This document shows, one piece after another, positions 29,995 through 41,099 of a stretch of 64,000 nt of DNA. The stretch's first letter is position 1, and each line of letters starts with the position of its first letter. Origin of the DNA: an uncultured delta proteobacterium (GTDB taxonomy: Bacteria; Desulfobacterota; Binatia; DP-6); contig CAWFFN010000005.1 in the NCBI GenBank assembly GCA_963815115.1, positions 192,001 through 256,000 on the forward strand, in the 5' to 3' direction. Made by a program: the position numbers and the translations under genes. Under the pieces are notes generated by a model that saw only the letters and a program-made list of their open reading frames with translations, made no database searches and was not told the DNA's origin.

Positions 29995-32647
29995 GTGTCG
30001 GACGACGAGGCGACCAGCCGCTGGCTCCGGAAGGGACCGGCCAATCGTCCGGGTCGCGACGTCGTCCCGGCCCGGGGCGATGGCGCGCCGAGAAAGCGGG
30101 CGGCACGACGAGCCGGCCGCATTCTCGGCGTTCTCGCGCTCCTCCTCGCCCCTGCTGGAGCCCCTGCTGCCGATCCCTGCGACCCCACGCTTGCGGGCAT
30201 GGCCTGCAGCCTGCCGGTCGGGCCGATGCAGTGCTACGAGGTGAAGCCCGGCGCCTTCCCGCGTACCCCCGTGAGCGTGCAGAGCGCGCTCGGAACGCTC
30301 GACTACTCCCTGCGCTTCCCGCACCGGCTCTGCTTCCCGCTGACCGGCGACGCCAGGACGGCGGCGTCGCCGGCGCAATTCCTCCTGGGGTACGTGGTCC
30401 GGACGTCGGCTCGCTCCGTGCCGGGTCGCCGGGTGGTGACCCAGTTCGGCACGGTGACGCTCGACGTGAAGCGCCCCGACCTGTTGCTCGTGCCCACCGC
30501 CACGAGTCTCTCGGGACCTCCCGCGCCGCTGACGGCGCCCCTCCTCGACAACTTCCAGTGCTACGGCGTGCGGCCCAGCCGCGGCACGCCCAGGTTCGTG
30601 CCGATCCGCGGGGTGGAGGTGGCCGACGCGCTCGAGACCCGCGTCGTCGACCTTCTCGAGCCGACCCGGCTGTGCGCCCCGGCGAATCTCGACGGCGAGG
30701 ACGTCGACGCGCCGGGCCGATCCGCGCGTCTGCTGTGCTATCGAACGCAGTCCTCCGCCAGCTTCGGCGAGGTGGATATCTTCACCCGCAACCGGTTCGG
30801 GGCCGACGACGGCACCCTGATCCACCGCCGCGAGCTGTGCGTCCCCTCGCTCGTCGATTCCGTTCCGAGCACCACCACGACGACGTCGAGCACCACGTCC
30901 ACCACGGTCACCTCGAGCACGACGACCACGTCCACTTCCACCGCCACGACGACCACCTCGAGGCCGTCCGGCACCACGACCACGACGGCGACCGCCACCA
31001 CGCCGACGACCACCAGCACCGTTCCGCCCGTCGTGTGCGGTGACGGGATCGTCGACACCTCGGCGGGCGAGGCGTGCGACGACGGCAACACCGCGGCGGG
31101 TGACTGCTGCTCTCCCACCTGCCAGATCGACCCCGACGGCACCAGCTGCAGCGACGGCGACGTCTGCAACGGGGAGGAGATCTGCCGCGGGGGGCGCTGC
31201 GTGACGGCCACGGAACCCGAGAGCGCGGCGTGCCGGAGCGGCTTCGGGATCGCGGCGGTGAGCAACTTCCGCGACGACACCGTGTCGCTCGTGAACCTCG
31301 CGACCGGCACCGTGGCGGCGACGGTGCCGGTCGGAGCCGGGCCCTGGGGCGTCGCGGTCCACCCCCGCGGCACCGAGCTGTGGATCACCAATCGGGGTGG
31401 ACGGAGCGTGTCGGTGGTAGACCTCGCGACCCGCACGGTGTCCGCCACGATCGCGGTCGGCCGCGTTCCCCTGGGCATCGTGTTCGACGCGAGCGGGGGC
31501 CGCGCCTACATCGCGAGCTACGGCGACGATCGGGTGGACGTGATCGACACGACCACTCGCACCGTCGTCGGCCGCTTCCGGGTCGATCGCGGGCCGTCGA
31601 GCCTGGTCCTCGATCCGGCCGGTCAGACGCTGTACGTCGCGAGCTTCGGGGCGGATACCGTCTCGGCGCTCGATCCCGCCAGTGGACGGCTCCTGGCGCG
31701 GGTGCGGACGGCCCACAAGCCGCTCCATCTGGCGCTGGACGCCGGGCGCGGCCGGCTCTACGTCACCAACTTCGGGGGCGGGTCGGTCACGGTCATCGGC
31801 CTGGTGAGCCGCACCGTGCTCACCACCATCCGGGTGGGACGGAAGCCCTTCGGGGTGGCCGTCGACTCGGAGCGTGCCCGAGCCTGGGTGAGCGACGCCG
31901 CGCAGAGCACCGTGGTCGCGATCGACACGGCGGAGAACGACGTCGCCCAGGTGCTGCCGGCGGCGTCGGGGCCGCTCGGCGTCGCGGTCGACTCCACTGG
32001 CCGTGTCCTCGTCGCCAGCGGCAACGCCGGGGTCCTGACCCTCCTGGAGCCCTCGGGTGCGGTGGCGGGCTCGGTGGTCGTCGGCGCGGTGCCGGTCGCG
32101 TTCGGCACCTTCGCCGGCACCGAAGCGAACGGCTGTCCGGCGCACGGCGCCTCGCTGCGCGAACGCCGACCCCGGGCTCGCGGGCCACTGCGCCCCGCAG
32201 GCCGGCTGCGAGTTCAGCCCGCTCGCGGGACTGGACGCGCTGGCGGCGTTGCTCGACGCTCTCGACGAGACGATCCGCAACGCTCCCCCCGAGGCCACCC
32301 GGGACCAGGGCGCCGCCGGCGCGATCACGGCAACCATCGCGGACGCCCGTGCGACGCTGCGTGCCGACGGCGCACGCGCGCCGGCGCTCCGGAGCGAGCT
32401 GCGGAGCCTCGTCGGCACGGTGCTCCGCGCGCTGCGCACCGGCGGGCTGCGGCGCGATACCGCCTTCCGACTGCTCGATCTGGGCCGCCGCGCGCGCTCG
32501 CTGCTGGTGGCGGGCCCGCGCGGCAGCGCACTGGGACCGCGGCCAGGACGGCGCGGCGCGGGTCCTCCGCGTCGGTCCGATGGAAGCGCGTCCTCGGTGA
32601 GCGTGCGCCTGGTCGCGCACGATGGCGCTTGCCGCGCTGACGCTTGA
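29995..32647 (+). CDS. Secreted modular protein: Cys domain, Thr linker, Myxococcus Cys-rich repeat, YVTN beta-propeller (frameshift near 32140)
   Basis: CGDGIVD..GEACDDGN..GDCCS; repeated LYVTN/VSVVD blades; C-terminal helical domain in frame 32057-32647. Confidence 0.8.
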
Positions 32648-33577
32648 TCGTGCCCGGGCGGCCCGCGGCCAGCGATGAGCCGGCGCTGGAGGTCCGCCCG
32701 CAAGGCGACAAGCACTGGTCGGCGTATGCCAGCCAGCGGGCTCCAGTACGACTCCAACGTCGCGCTCGATCCGAGCGGCCAGCGGCTCCCCGGGAGTCCC
32801 GCCAATCCGGCGGACGGCGCCGCAACCTTCGGAGCGGGGGGCCGATACGACTTCGTCGACAGCCCGCGCTGGCAGGCGGCTCTGGAGTACGACTTCTACC
32901 AGACGGCCCACTTCCACCTGCACGACTTCAACCTGCGCTCGAACCGGGTGGCCGGCACCGCGGGCTACTCGCTGGTGCCCGACCTCTGGACGGGCGTCCA
33001 GGCCGGCTACCAGCACTACGTCCTCGGCACCGACGCCTACTCGGGGGCGCCGTTCGTGACGCCGTTCGTCTCCCTGGTACAGGGCGACTGGGGTCTCACC
33101 CAGCTCGTGTACGAGCACGCCCAGGTCACCTATCTGAGCCAGCCGTTCGAGAACGAGCGCGACGGTCCGACCGACACGGCGAGTCTCAGCCAGACGCTGT
33201 ACTGGGGATCGCGCTACTTCACGATCGGCTACGAGTTCGGCTCCGAACGTCCGCAGTCGCAGTCCTTCGTGGGCACCGCCTATCGCGAGCGCTACCACCA
33301 GGTCGGGGTCGGCGTCGGCTTCTCGCCGGGCTGGCGCACGACGGTCGACCTCTCCTACCTCTTCCGCTACGAGAACTACCCGGAGCCGAACAGCGCGGTG
33401 GACTTCGGCACGAACCGGCAGGACACCGTCAACCAGTTCTCGGTCCGACTCCGGCGTCCGATCACCGCGTACCTCAGCGCCGGATTGGCGTACTATGGCA
33501 CCTTCGACGACTCGAACATCGCGATCTACCAGTACCGCCGCAACATCGTGTCGGCAGAGGTACGCCTTGCCTTCTGA
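32644..33577 (+). CDS. Outer-membrane beta-barrel protein (frameshifted 5' end)
   Basis: GLQYDSNV start motif, Tyr-rich amphipathic strands, terminal Phe (EVRLAF). Confidence 0.75.
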
Positions 33578-34400
33578 TCCCGCGCGCAGCGCACCCCGGT
33601 CTCGGCGAGCGACGATCCTGGCCGCGCTCGCTCTCATCGCGGCCGCCGCGACGACCGTGCGGTCACAGGAGCGTGTCGGGTCGGTCGCCGGGCTCGAGGG
33701 GCAGGCCGAGGTGCTGCATTCCGGCGCGAGCGACTGGAGCCCGCTGGCCGTGGGCGATCCGGTCCTCCTCGGCGACCAGCTGCGCACGCGGCCCGACTCG
33801 AAGGTCCAGGTCACGCTGCGCGAGGACTCGGTCCTCACCCTGGCGCCCGGCTCGCAGCTGGCGATCACGGAGCAGCTCGTCGCGCCCGCCGCCGTGTCGC
33901 GCTTCCAGCTGCTCCTCGGCACCATCAAGGCCGCCGTCACCGAGCGCTACTCGGAGCCGAACGCGCGCTTCGAGGTCGAGACCCCGACGGCGATCGCGGG
34001 GGTGCGCGGCACGAGCTTCCTCGCCTCCTACGACCCTGCGCAGCAGGAGACCCTCGTCGTCGGCCTCACCAGCCTGACCCGCGTTCGCGCGCTCGTGGAC
34101 ACGCGAGGTGCCGCAGAGGTCGATCTCGGCCCCGGCATCGCCACCCGGGTGCGCCGCGGAGCCCGTCCGCTCGCGCCTGCCCCGCTCCCGGAGGATCAGC
34201 TCCGGTCGCTCCAGAGAGCGACCGAGCTCGGAGGCCCCGCTGCGGGCGGGGGCGCGAACCGACTCGACGCGCGCCGTCCGCAGCGCCCGGGCGAGCGTGC
34301 GATGTCCACGGAGGAGCAGGCGGTGGATCAGCCGCTGTTCGTCCCCGGAGGCTCGAAGCCGCCCCCGCCACCTCCGCCCGTCCCGAGGGGCGGGCGCTGA
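33567..34400 (+). CDS. Periplasmic FecR-domain protein
   Basis: Signal peptide; GDQLRT and FEVETPTAIAGVRGT motifs; Pro-rich tail. Confidence 0.85.
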   Translation: MPSDPARSAPRSRRATILAALALIAAAATTVRSQERVGSVAGLEGQAEVLHSGASDWSPLAVGDPVLLGDQLRTRPDSKVQVTLREDSVLTLAPGSQLAITEQLVAPAAVSRFQLLLGTIKAAVTERYSEPNARFEVETPTAIAGVRGTSFLASYDPAQQETLVVGLTSLTRVRALVDTRGAAEVDLGPGIATRVRRGARPLAPAPLPEDQLRSLQRATELGGPAAGGGANRLDARRPQRPGERAMSTEEQAVDQPLFVPGGSKPPPPPPPVPRGGR

Positions 34401-34418
34401 CGCCGGCGCGAGCGTCGT

Positions 34419-36431
34419 GTGCGCGCACCCAGGCTCGGGGTCACTGCGGTCTGCACCGCGATCGCGATCGCGGTCGCGGCCGTCCGGCTGCTGGCGCCCG
34501 TGCCGCTCGAGGTCCTCGATCGCAAGTTTCTCGACTTCCGCCACCTGATCCGCGGGCGCGTCACCGCGAGCGACCGCGTCGTGATCGTCGCCATCGACGA
34601 GCCCAGCCTCGCGCGATTCGGCCGCTGGCCCTGGCCGCGGGCGCGGCTGGCAGAGCTGATCGACCGGCTGGACGCCGCCGGGGTCGCGGCCATCGGCCTC
34701 GACGTGGTCCTCGATCAGCCGGTCACGGCGATCGATCGGCGAGACCTGGAGGCCGCGCTCGATGCGGATCCGCAGCGGCCGGCCGCGGCGCTCCGCGACG
34801 TGGTGCGAGCCGAGCTCGACGACGACGTGCGGCTCGCGGCCGCCCTGCAACGCAGCGGACGCGTGGTGCTGGCGCATTTCTACGAGTTCGGCGGCGCAGC
34901 GACGCCCGAGCTGACCCGGGCGACCGCAGGGCTGCCCGAGCTGACCGTGCTCGCGGTCGCCGGGACGAGACTCGCCGGCGTTCCGGGACCTCCCGAGGCG
35001 ACCCGCGCGCGTCTGCCGGTCGCGCCGCTCGTGGCGGCGGCGGCGGGCACCGGTCACATCAACTTCGCCCCCGATCCGGACGGGATCTACCGCCGCCTGC
35101 CGATCGCCGTTCGCGTCGGCGACCGGCTGATCCCGTCGCTCGCCCTCGAGCTGCTCCGCGTCTCGGACAGCGCCGCCGCCAGCGTCACCGTGGCGCCGGA
35201 AGGCATCCGGACGGCGCGGGCGGGGCCGCTCGAGTTGCCCGTGGACGGTGCGGGGCAGCTCTGGCTCGACTTTCTCGGTCCGCCGCGAACGGTCACGACG
35301 GTCGGCGCGGGCGAGGTGCTCACCGGCCAGGTGCCCGCCGGCCAGCTCGCCGGCCGCATCGCGCTGATCGGCTTCACGGCGGCGGGCTTCGACGAGGTGT
35401 CGACGCCCTTTGCCGCCGTCGTGCCCGGCGTCGAGCTCCAGGCGACCGTCCTCGACAACGTGCTCCTCGGAAGGTCACTGCGCCATCCGTGGTGGCTCGT
35501 GCCTGCCGAGGCGCTGGTGATCCTCATGATCGGCCTGGTGGTCGGGCCCGCGCTCCGCTGGCTGCGCGGCGGCTGGGGAACCGCGGCCGCGCTGCTGCTC
35601 GCGCTGGTCTACTTCGCGGTCACGCAGGTGCTCTTCACGCGCGCGGGGCTCGCGCTCGGCGGTCTCTACCCGCTCGTCGCGCTGGTCCTCTGCATGGCGG
35701 GCGGCGCGGCCTACCTCTCGGTCGTGGAGGAGGGGGAGAAGCGGAAGATCCGCGCCGCGTTCCGGCAGTACGTGAACCCCGAGATCGCCGATCTCATCGC
35801 GAGCGTCCCATCGCACCTGCGTCTCGGCGGCGAGCGGCGGCCCATCAGCGTGCTGTTCTCGGACATCCGGGGATTCTCGAGCATCGCCGAGCATCTGCCG
35901 CCCGAGACGCTCGGCGAGATGCTCGGCGAGTACCTCGAGGCGATGACCGACGTCGTGTTCGCGCACGGCGGCCTCCTCGACAAGTACATCGGCGACGCCG
36001 TCATGGCGTTCTGGGGCGCGCCGGCACCGGCCGAGGACCACGCCGCCCGCTGCTGCCGGGCGGCACTCGACATGATGGCCGCGCTCGAGCGCCTGAACCA
36101 GCGCTGGGCCGATGCGGGGCTGCCGCGTCTCGGGATCCGCATCGGCATCAGCTCGGGAGACGCCATCGTCGGCAACTTCGGCTCCTCCCGCCGCTTCAGC
36201 TACACGGCGGTAGGCGACACGGTAAACCTGGGCTCTCGTCTCGAGCGGCTGAACGAGGAATTCGGGACCGACGTGCTGATCTCCGACGACACCCATGCCG
36301 AGATCGGCGAGGAGTTCGTCTGCCGCGAGGTCGGTCGCACGGCCGTCAAGGGGAGAACCCAGTTGACCACCGTCTACGAGCTGGTCGGACGGCGCTGCGA
36401 TGCGCCCGCGGCCGGCTCGGGATCCGGCTAG
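34419..36431 (+). CDS. CHASE2-domain class III adenylate cyclase
   Basis: IDEPSL..GRWPWPR, DPDG..RR, PGVE; three TMs; FSDIRGF, DKYIGDAVMA and GDTVNLGSRLE. Confidence 0.93.
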   Translation: MRAPRLGVTAVCTAIAIAVAAVRLLAPVPLEVLDRKFLDFRHLIRGRVTASDRVVIVAIDEPSLARFGRWPWPRARLAELIDRLDAAGVAAIGLDVVLDQPVTAIDRRDLEAALDADPQRPAAALRDVVRAELDDDVRLAAALQRSGRVVLAHFYEFGGAATPELTRATAGLPELTVLAVAGTRLAGVPGPPEATRARLPVAPLVAAAAGTGHINFAPDPDGIYRRLPIAVRVGDRLIPSLALELLRVSDSAAASVTVAPEGIRTARAGPLELPVDGAGQLWLDFLGPPRTVTTVGAGEVLTGQVPAGQLAGRIALIGFTAAGFDEVSTPFAAVVPGVELQATVLDNVLLGRSLRHPWWLVPAEALVILMIGLVVGPALRWLRGGWGTAAALLLALVYFAVTQVLFTRAGLALGGLYPLVALVLCMAGGAAYLSVVEEGEKRKIRAAFRQYVNPEIADLIASVPSHLRLGGERRPISVLFSDIRGFSSIAEHLPPETLGEMLGEYLEAMTDVVFAHGGLLDKYIGDAVMAFWGAPAPAEDHAARCCRAALDMMAALERLNQRWADAGLPRLGIRIGISSGDAIVGNFGSSRRFSYTAVGDTVNLGSRLERLNEEFGTDVLISDDTHAEIGEEFVCREVGRTAVKGRTQLTTVYELVGRRCDAPAAGSGSG

Positions 36432-38707
36432 CGGGACCGCACCGAGGGCACGGCGCAGCGCACCTGCAGCCGGAGCGTCTTCAGGTCGTCTCCGATCGTG
36501 CGGGCGTCGTTCGCCAGTGCCGAGACCTCGGCCGCCACGCTTCCGCGACGGGAGCGCGGCGCGAGCAGGGCTCGGGCGATCGTCACCAGGCGGCGCGCAC
36601 GGCGCAGGCGCGCGCGCGCCGGACGGACGCTCCCGTCGGCGCAGGCGGTATCGGCATCGCGCGTGACGGCGGTCGCGCGGTCGAGCTGCTTCAGGATGCG
36701 CGGCCCGGGACGCCCCAGGTCCGTGGCCGCCCGGGCCGCGGCGCCGAGCGCGTCGAGGCGGCACTCGAGCGAGGTGAAGCTCGCGCCGGAGGGGCAGCCG
36801 CCATCGACCGGCGGCACCGTCGTGGTGGTGACGCCGCCCCCGGGCGCCGTCGTCGTCGGCTGCCCCGCCGCGGTGGTGGTCGTCACCGTCGCGGTCGTCG
36901 TCGTACGCGGTGGGCGCGTGGTCGTCGAGGTCGTGGTCGTCACGGTGGCGCCCACCGGGGCAGTGCACGGCGAGAACTCCGAGGTGTCGCCGTCGCGCGT
37001 GGTGGCGGTCGCGGTCAGGATGCGCCCCGCGGGCAGCGGATCCACCGGCGACAGCGAGAAGGTCGCGTGGCCCGCCGCGTCGGTGGTGACCATGACGGAG
37101 CCGAGTGACGTCTCGCCCTGCCCGTTGCCGTCCGGGCAGTCCGCGTTCGAGAACACCTCGATCGTGACCTGCGTCCCGGCGGTGGTGCCCAGCGTGCCCG
37201 CCACGGAGATCGCGCCGACCACGAGCAGCGGCGTGAGGTCGGGAGAGTTCTGCAGCCCGTTCGGGCCGCCGTCCGCGTCGTGCGGGTCGTTCGGCGTGAA
37301 GCCGTCGGCGCCGAGGTCGATGCCGCGTCCGGTGTTGTCGCGGATCCGGTTGCCCGTGATCGCGTTCCCCGTCCCCGATCTGACCGCCACGCCGCTCTGC
37401 ACGTTGGACGCGATGAGATTGGAGGTGCCGCCGCCGATCGTGTTGTCGCTGCCCGCGACCTGCACGCCGTTCAGCCCGTTGGGAATCGCGATCGTACCGT
37501 CCCGGGAGGTTCCGATCACGTTGCCCTGCACGAACTGGTTGCTCGACTGGCTCACGTTGACGCCATTGCCGGTGTTCCCGGAGACCACGTTGCCGCCGCC
37601 GCTGGTGCCGACGTGGTTCGCGGCCGTGCAGTTCAGGACCCGGATGCCGCTGGCGTTGGGCAGCGCGGCGGTGCCTGCGGCGGTCGTCCCCACCAGGTTG
37701 CCGAAGATCTTGTTGCCGCCCTCGTCCACGTTCTGCACGTCGATGCCGACGCCCGTGTTCCCGGAGACGACGTTGCCGGAGTTGCTCGACGTGCCGCCGA
37801 CGGTGTTCCGGTTGGCCTCGGCGATGACGATACCAGCGCCGTTCTGAACTGCGACGCTGCCGGTGGCGTCGGTGCCGATGTAGTTGCCCAGCACCTTGTT
37901 CGACTGGGTCTCCTTGTCTCGCAGGCTGATGCCGATGACGTTGCCGGAGATGACGTTGCGTCCGGTCGGGCTGGTGAGACCGACGGACGTGCCCGTCGCA
38001 CCGAGCGCGATGCGTACGCCGGCCTTGCTGTTCCCGATGGGCGAGCCGTTGGTGCCGAGCCCGATCACGTTGCCCTCGACGACATTGCCTACCGAGGCGG
38101 CGCCCTCGACGGCGACGCCGTTGCCGTTCCCCGAGATCACGTTGCCCGCTCCGGTCGTGGTGCCGCCGATGGTGTTGGCGGGCGAGCCGTTCACCCAGAT
38201 GCCGCGGAGCATGTCGGGCCCGACCTTCACCGTGCCCGTCGCGTCCAGTCCGACGATGCAGCCCGTCACGGTGCTGCCGCCCAGGGGCGAGGCGCCACCG
38301 CCACCGGCGAGCTGTATCCCGTAGGTGACGAAGCCGTTGACGACGAGCCCGCGCACGGTGCTCGCGCCGCCGCCCACCAGGAGCCCGCCGTCGAGCGTCC
38401 CGCCGCCGCTGATCACGACCGCGCCCCCGGTCTGCATGCTGCCGTCGATGACGACCGGGCTGGTGATCTCGGGCAGCAGGCTGGTCAGCGAGATCGTCGG
38501 GATGCCCGTCCCATCGATCGTGAAGTCGATGGTGTCCGGCCCCGGATGCGCCGTTTCGTCGTTCGCCTGCGTGATGGCGTCGCGCAGCGTCCCCGCGCGG
38601 CCGTCGTCGGCGGCGCTCGTGACGGTGAAGGTCGCGGCCCGGGCCGGCGCGCACACGCCCGCCGCGGCGGCGACGACGAAGGAGAAAGCTAGGAGGCGAG
38701 GGTGCAC
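36428..38707 (-). CDS. Secreted right-handed beta-helix protein (CSLREA-like start) with Thr linker
   Basis: ATFTVT..GTLRDAITQAN, repeated GNVISGN/GNYIGT, GDTSEFS. Confidence 0.85.
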   Translation of the reverse strand: MHPRLLAFSFVVAAAAGVCAPARAATFTVTSAADDGRAGTLRDAITQANDETAHPGPDTIDFTIDGTGIPTISLTSLLPEITSPVVIDGSMQTGGAVVISGGGTLDGGLLVGGGASTVRGLVVNGFVTYGIQLAGGGGASPLGGSTVTGCIVGLDATGTVKVGPDMLRGIWVNGSPANTIGGTTTGAGNVISGNGNGVAVEGAASVGNVVEGNVIGLGTNGSPIGNSKAGVRIALGATGTSVGLTSPTGRNVISGNVIGISLRDKETQSNKVLGNYIGTDATGSVAVQNGAGIVIAEANRNTVGGTSSNSGNVVSGNTGVGIDVQNVDEGGNKIFGNLVGTTAAGTAALPNASGIRVLNCTAANHVGTSGGGNVVSGNTGNGVNVSQSSNQFVQGNVIGTSRDGTIAIPNGLNGVQVAGSDNTIGGGTSNLIASNVQSGVAVRSGTGNAITGNRIRDNTGRGIDLGADGFTPNDPHDADGGPNGLQNSPDLTPLLVVGAISVAGTLGTTAGTQVTIEVFSNADCPDGNGQGETSLGSVMVTTDAAGHATFSLSPVDPLPAGRILTATATTRDGDTSEFSPCTAPVGATVTTTTSTTTRPPRTTTTATVTTTTAAGQPTTTAPGGGVTTTTVPPVDGGCPSGASFTSLECRLDALGAAARAATDLGRPGPRILKQLDRATAVTRDADTACADGSVRPARARLRRARRLVTIARALLAPRSRRGSVAAEVSALANDARTIGDDLKTLRLQVRCAVPSVRSR

Positions 38708-38893
38708 ACGCAATCCGCGGGACCGGGCGGTCGACCTGTCGAACGTACGGGCGGTCCTCGCCGCGCGCAAGGTGGACCAAGGGGCAGATCGCCGTTGCGC
38801 GACTGCACGCAGCGGGTGGGGATGCACGACGGGCGAGGCCTTGGCGCGGCTCCGGCCGGATGGCTACCAAGTGCGAGGTTCGGCGAGGAGAGG

Positions 38894-39025
38894 AGATACG
38901 CATAGCAATGAAGACGGGCTGCCCTGCGCTGCGATACGGTTCGCGGCGGAAATGCGGATGCCGTGCGGATGAGACGGCGCCAGCCTCGCCGCGCGAGCCA
39001 GAGCGTCCACGGAGGGCGGTCCGTC
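38894..39025 (+). mobile_element. Orphan IS110-like left end / putative bridge-RNA-like structured element (copy A)
   Basis: Similar to 40957-41062; closing stem gacgggctgccct/agggcggtccgtc; no transposase follows. Confidence 0.55.
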
Positions 39026-39090
39026 ACGGCGTCCCCGGCTACGTCCCGCTGCGGCAGGGTGTCGACGAACGAGGGCCGGCCCGACGGCCC

Positions 39091-39132
39091 AAAAGGGAAG
39101 CCCCCGGGTCCCGCTCGGGACCCGGGGGCTTC
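39091..39132 (-). terminator. Rho-independent terminator
   Basis: Perfect 16-bp stem (gaagcccccgggtccc/gggacccgggggcttc) then CCTTTT on the minus strand, about 25 nt after the stop at 39158. Confidence 0.8.
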
Positions 39133-39157
39133 TGGTCGAATCTGGACCTAGCAGACG

Positions 39158-40813
39158 CTAGTTGTGCGCGAGGAACGTACCCGGGAGGGATACGGCGCCC
39201 GGGCCAGGCAGGTCGGCAGCGAAGTTCACCAACCCGTTGGCGGTCGACGCGATACAGAAGACGGATGCCAGCGTCGCCGTCGCCGGTACACCCGGGGTGA
39301 CAGAGCTGGCCGGGGCGCCGTTCTCGATGATGGTCTGACAGGTCGGCTGGCCGAAGCACCCATTCGTGCCGGGGCTTCCCCCTGGCCGGGGCAGAACGTG
39401 CCGGTGGCATTGTTCGCGTTGGCAATGCCCGTGGTGAGTGGCGAGAGATCGACCGCGATCGGGCCGACGATCGTGCCGTCGACGCAGCCGTCGTGCCCGG
39501 GGACGCCGGCCTGGCAGTCCTTCGGAGAGGGGCCGACGCCGCCGGTCAGGCAGTCACGCGTGTACCCGGTGGAGCTGACGGTCGTGCAAGCCATCGTGGC
39601 CCGCGGGCCGCGGTCGCAGAAGCCCGTCTTCGGGCTGGCCGGGGTGCCGCTGAGGATCGCGCCGGTACCGCCGGCGCCGGCGCGGCACGCGGGGCAGGGC
39701 TGCGCCAGGTTGCCCGTGAGGTACGTGGTGGAGGTGAGCGAGATGTTCGTGCTCGAGGTGCCGGTGGACAGGTCGACCGTGCCGCTCGAATCAGCGGCGA
39801 AGGTGTTCAGCACGCAGGTGGTCAGGTTGGGCAGGGACGCGTTCGGGATCGGCAGCGGCGTGCCGAAGTTGCAGCCCGTGCTGCTGCAGTCGGGGAGCGC
39901 GCTGTTCACGGGAGGCGTGGTGTGCGACGCGGTAATCGCGCAGCTCGTTCCCGTGCAGCTCAGCCCGAAGCGGCTCTGCGAGCCGTCGGGCGTCGGTCCC
40001 TCTCCCACGGTCGAGGCGCCGCCCCCGATGTTGAGACCACCGCAATGTGAGGGTCTTGATCACAGTGTTGGACCCGTCCCGCGCCGAACCGCAGGTGCCA
40101 CCCGGGAGGCCGTTGGCGAAGTCGAGGATGGTCGGGGGCGGCGGCGGGGTCGTCAGGTTGAAGATGTCGAGCGCGAAGGCGTCGACCTTGGCCTCCATGG
40201 CCGCGACGTCGATGGGGGTCAGGCAGTCGTTCGGGACCTTCGCATAGAGCTTCGCGAAGCAGCCCTTCGTCGGGTCGGCGCCGCCGTCGAACTTGTCCGT
40301 TGCCTTCTGGAGGCAGGCGGGGTCGACCGGGAGGTTCTTGCCGGCCGCCTTGTTGTAGCAGCCGAGCACCGCCTTCACCTTGTTGGCGACGCACTTCTTC
40401 TTGCCCGCCGAGCACTTGCTCAGCACGGGCGCCGGGTAGCCGGGATCGAGCTCTTGCACCACGTCGAGCACGAAGGCGTCCGACTTGTTCTCGAGGAGCG
40501 CGATGAATCCGCTACCACTGTTCGGGCAGGGCGACTTCACCAGGTCCTTCTCGGCCTTGTCCATGCAGCCCTTGGCCGGGAGCGTGAACTTCTGCTCGGC
40601 CTTCGTGATGCACTCGGGATCTACCGCCACGTTCTTCCCCTCGGCCTTGTTGTGACAGCCGAGGAAGGCGGTGGCCTTGCCGCTGACGCACTTGATCTGC
40701 GCCGCGCTACACTTGAACGTGGTCGGTGGCCCGGCCGCCTGTGCGCCGATCGCGCCGAGCAGGAGCGCCGCCGCCGACAGCGTGGCCGCCCCGTACATCG
40801 CGACTCGCTTCAT
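39158..40813 (-). CDS. Secreted Cys-rich protein (frameshifts near 40047 and 39380)
   Basis: Signal peptide, two K/C-rich repeats; repaired frames read LTCGGLNIGGG and LASVFCIASTANGLVNFAADLPGPGAVSLPGTFLAHN*. Confidence 0.8.
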
Positions 40814-40956
40814 ACCTTGACCCCCCCTCTTTTTTTTGGCTTGGTGAATCGACGTCTACTGCCGTGAGGTGTAAACTCGACCCGCGTTCGGCGTCAAGCA
40901 GCTGTTTCGACATTTTGCATCCGCCTAAGACATGGCGGTTCGATGAATAGGTCGGC

Positions 40957-41092
40957 AGATAGCCGTAGCAATGAAGACGGCCTGCCCTCCGCCGCGATGC
41001 GGTTCGCGGTGGCCCACGGGGGTCAGCCGAGACGGCGCCCCAAACTGCAGGAGGGCAGCCCGATGGAATGCTACGTGGGATTGGACGTGCAC
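40957..41092 (+). mobile_element. IS110-family remnant: structured left end (copy B) plus first 10 transposase codons
   Basis: GGAGG RBS, ATG 41063, MECYVGLDVH resembles the IS110 RuvC-like N-terminus; the RBS is paired in stem ctgccctcc/ggagggcag. Confidence 0.7.
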
Positions 41093-41099
41093 ATCTCCT

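Noticed and set aside
29871-30200. 109-aa minus-strand ORF
   Set aside because: Overlaps the start and promoter of the YVTN gene; no motif
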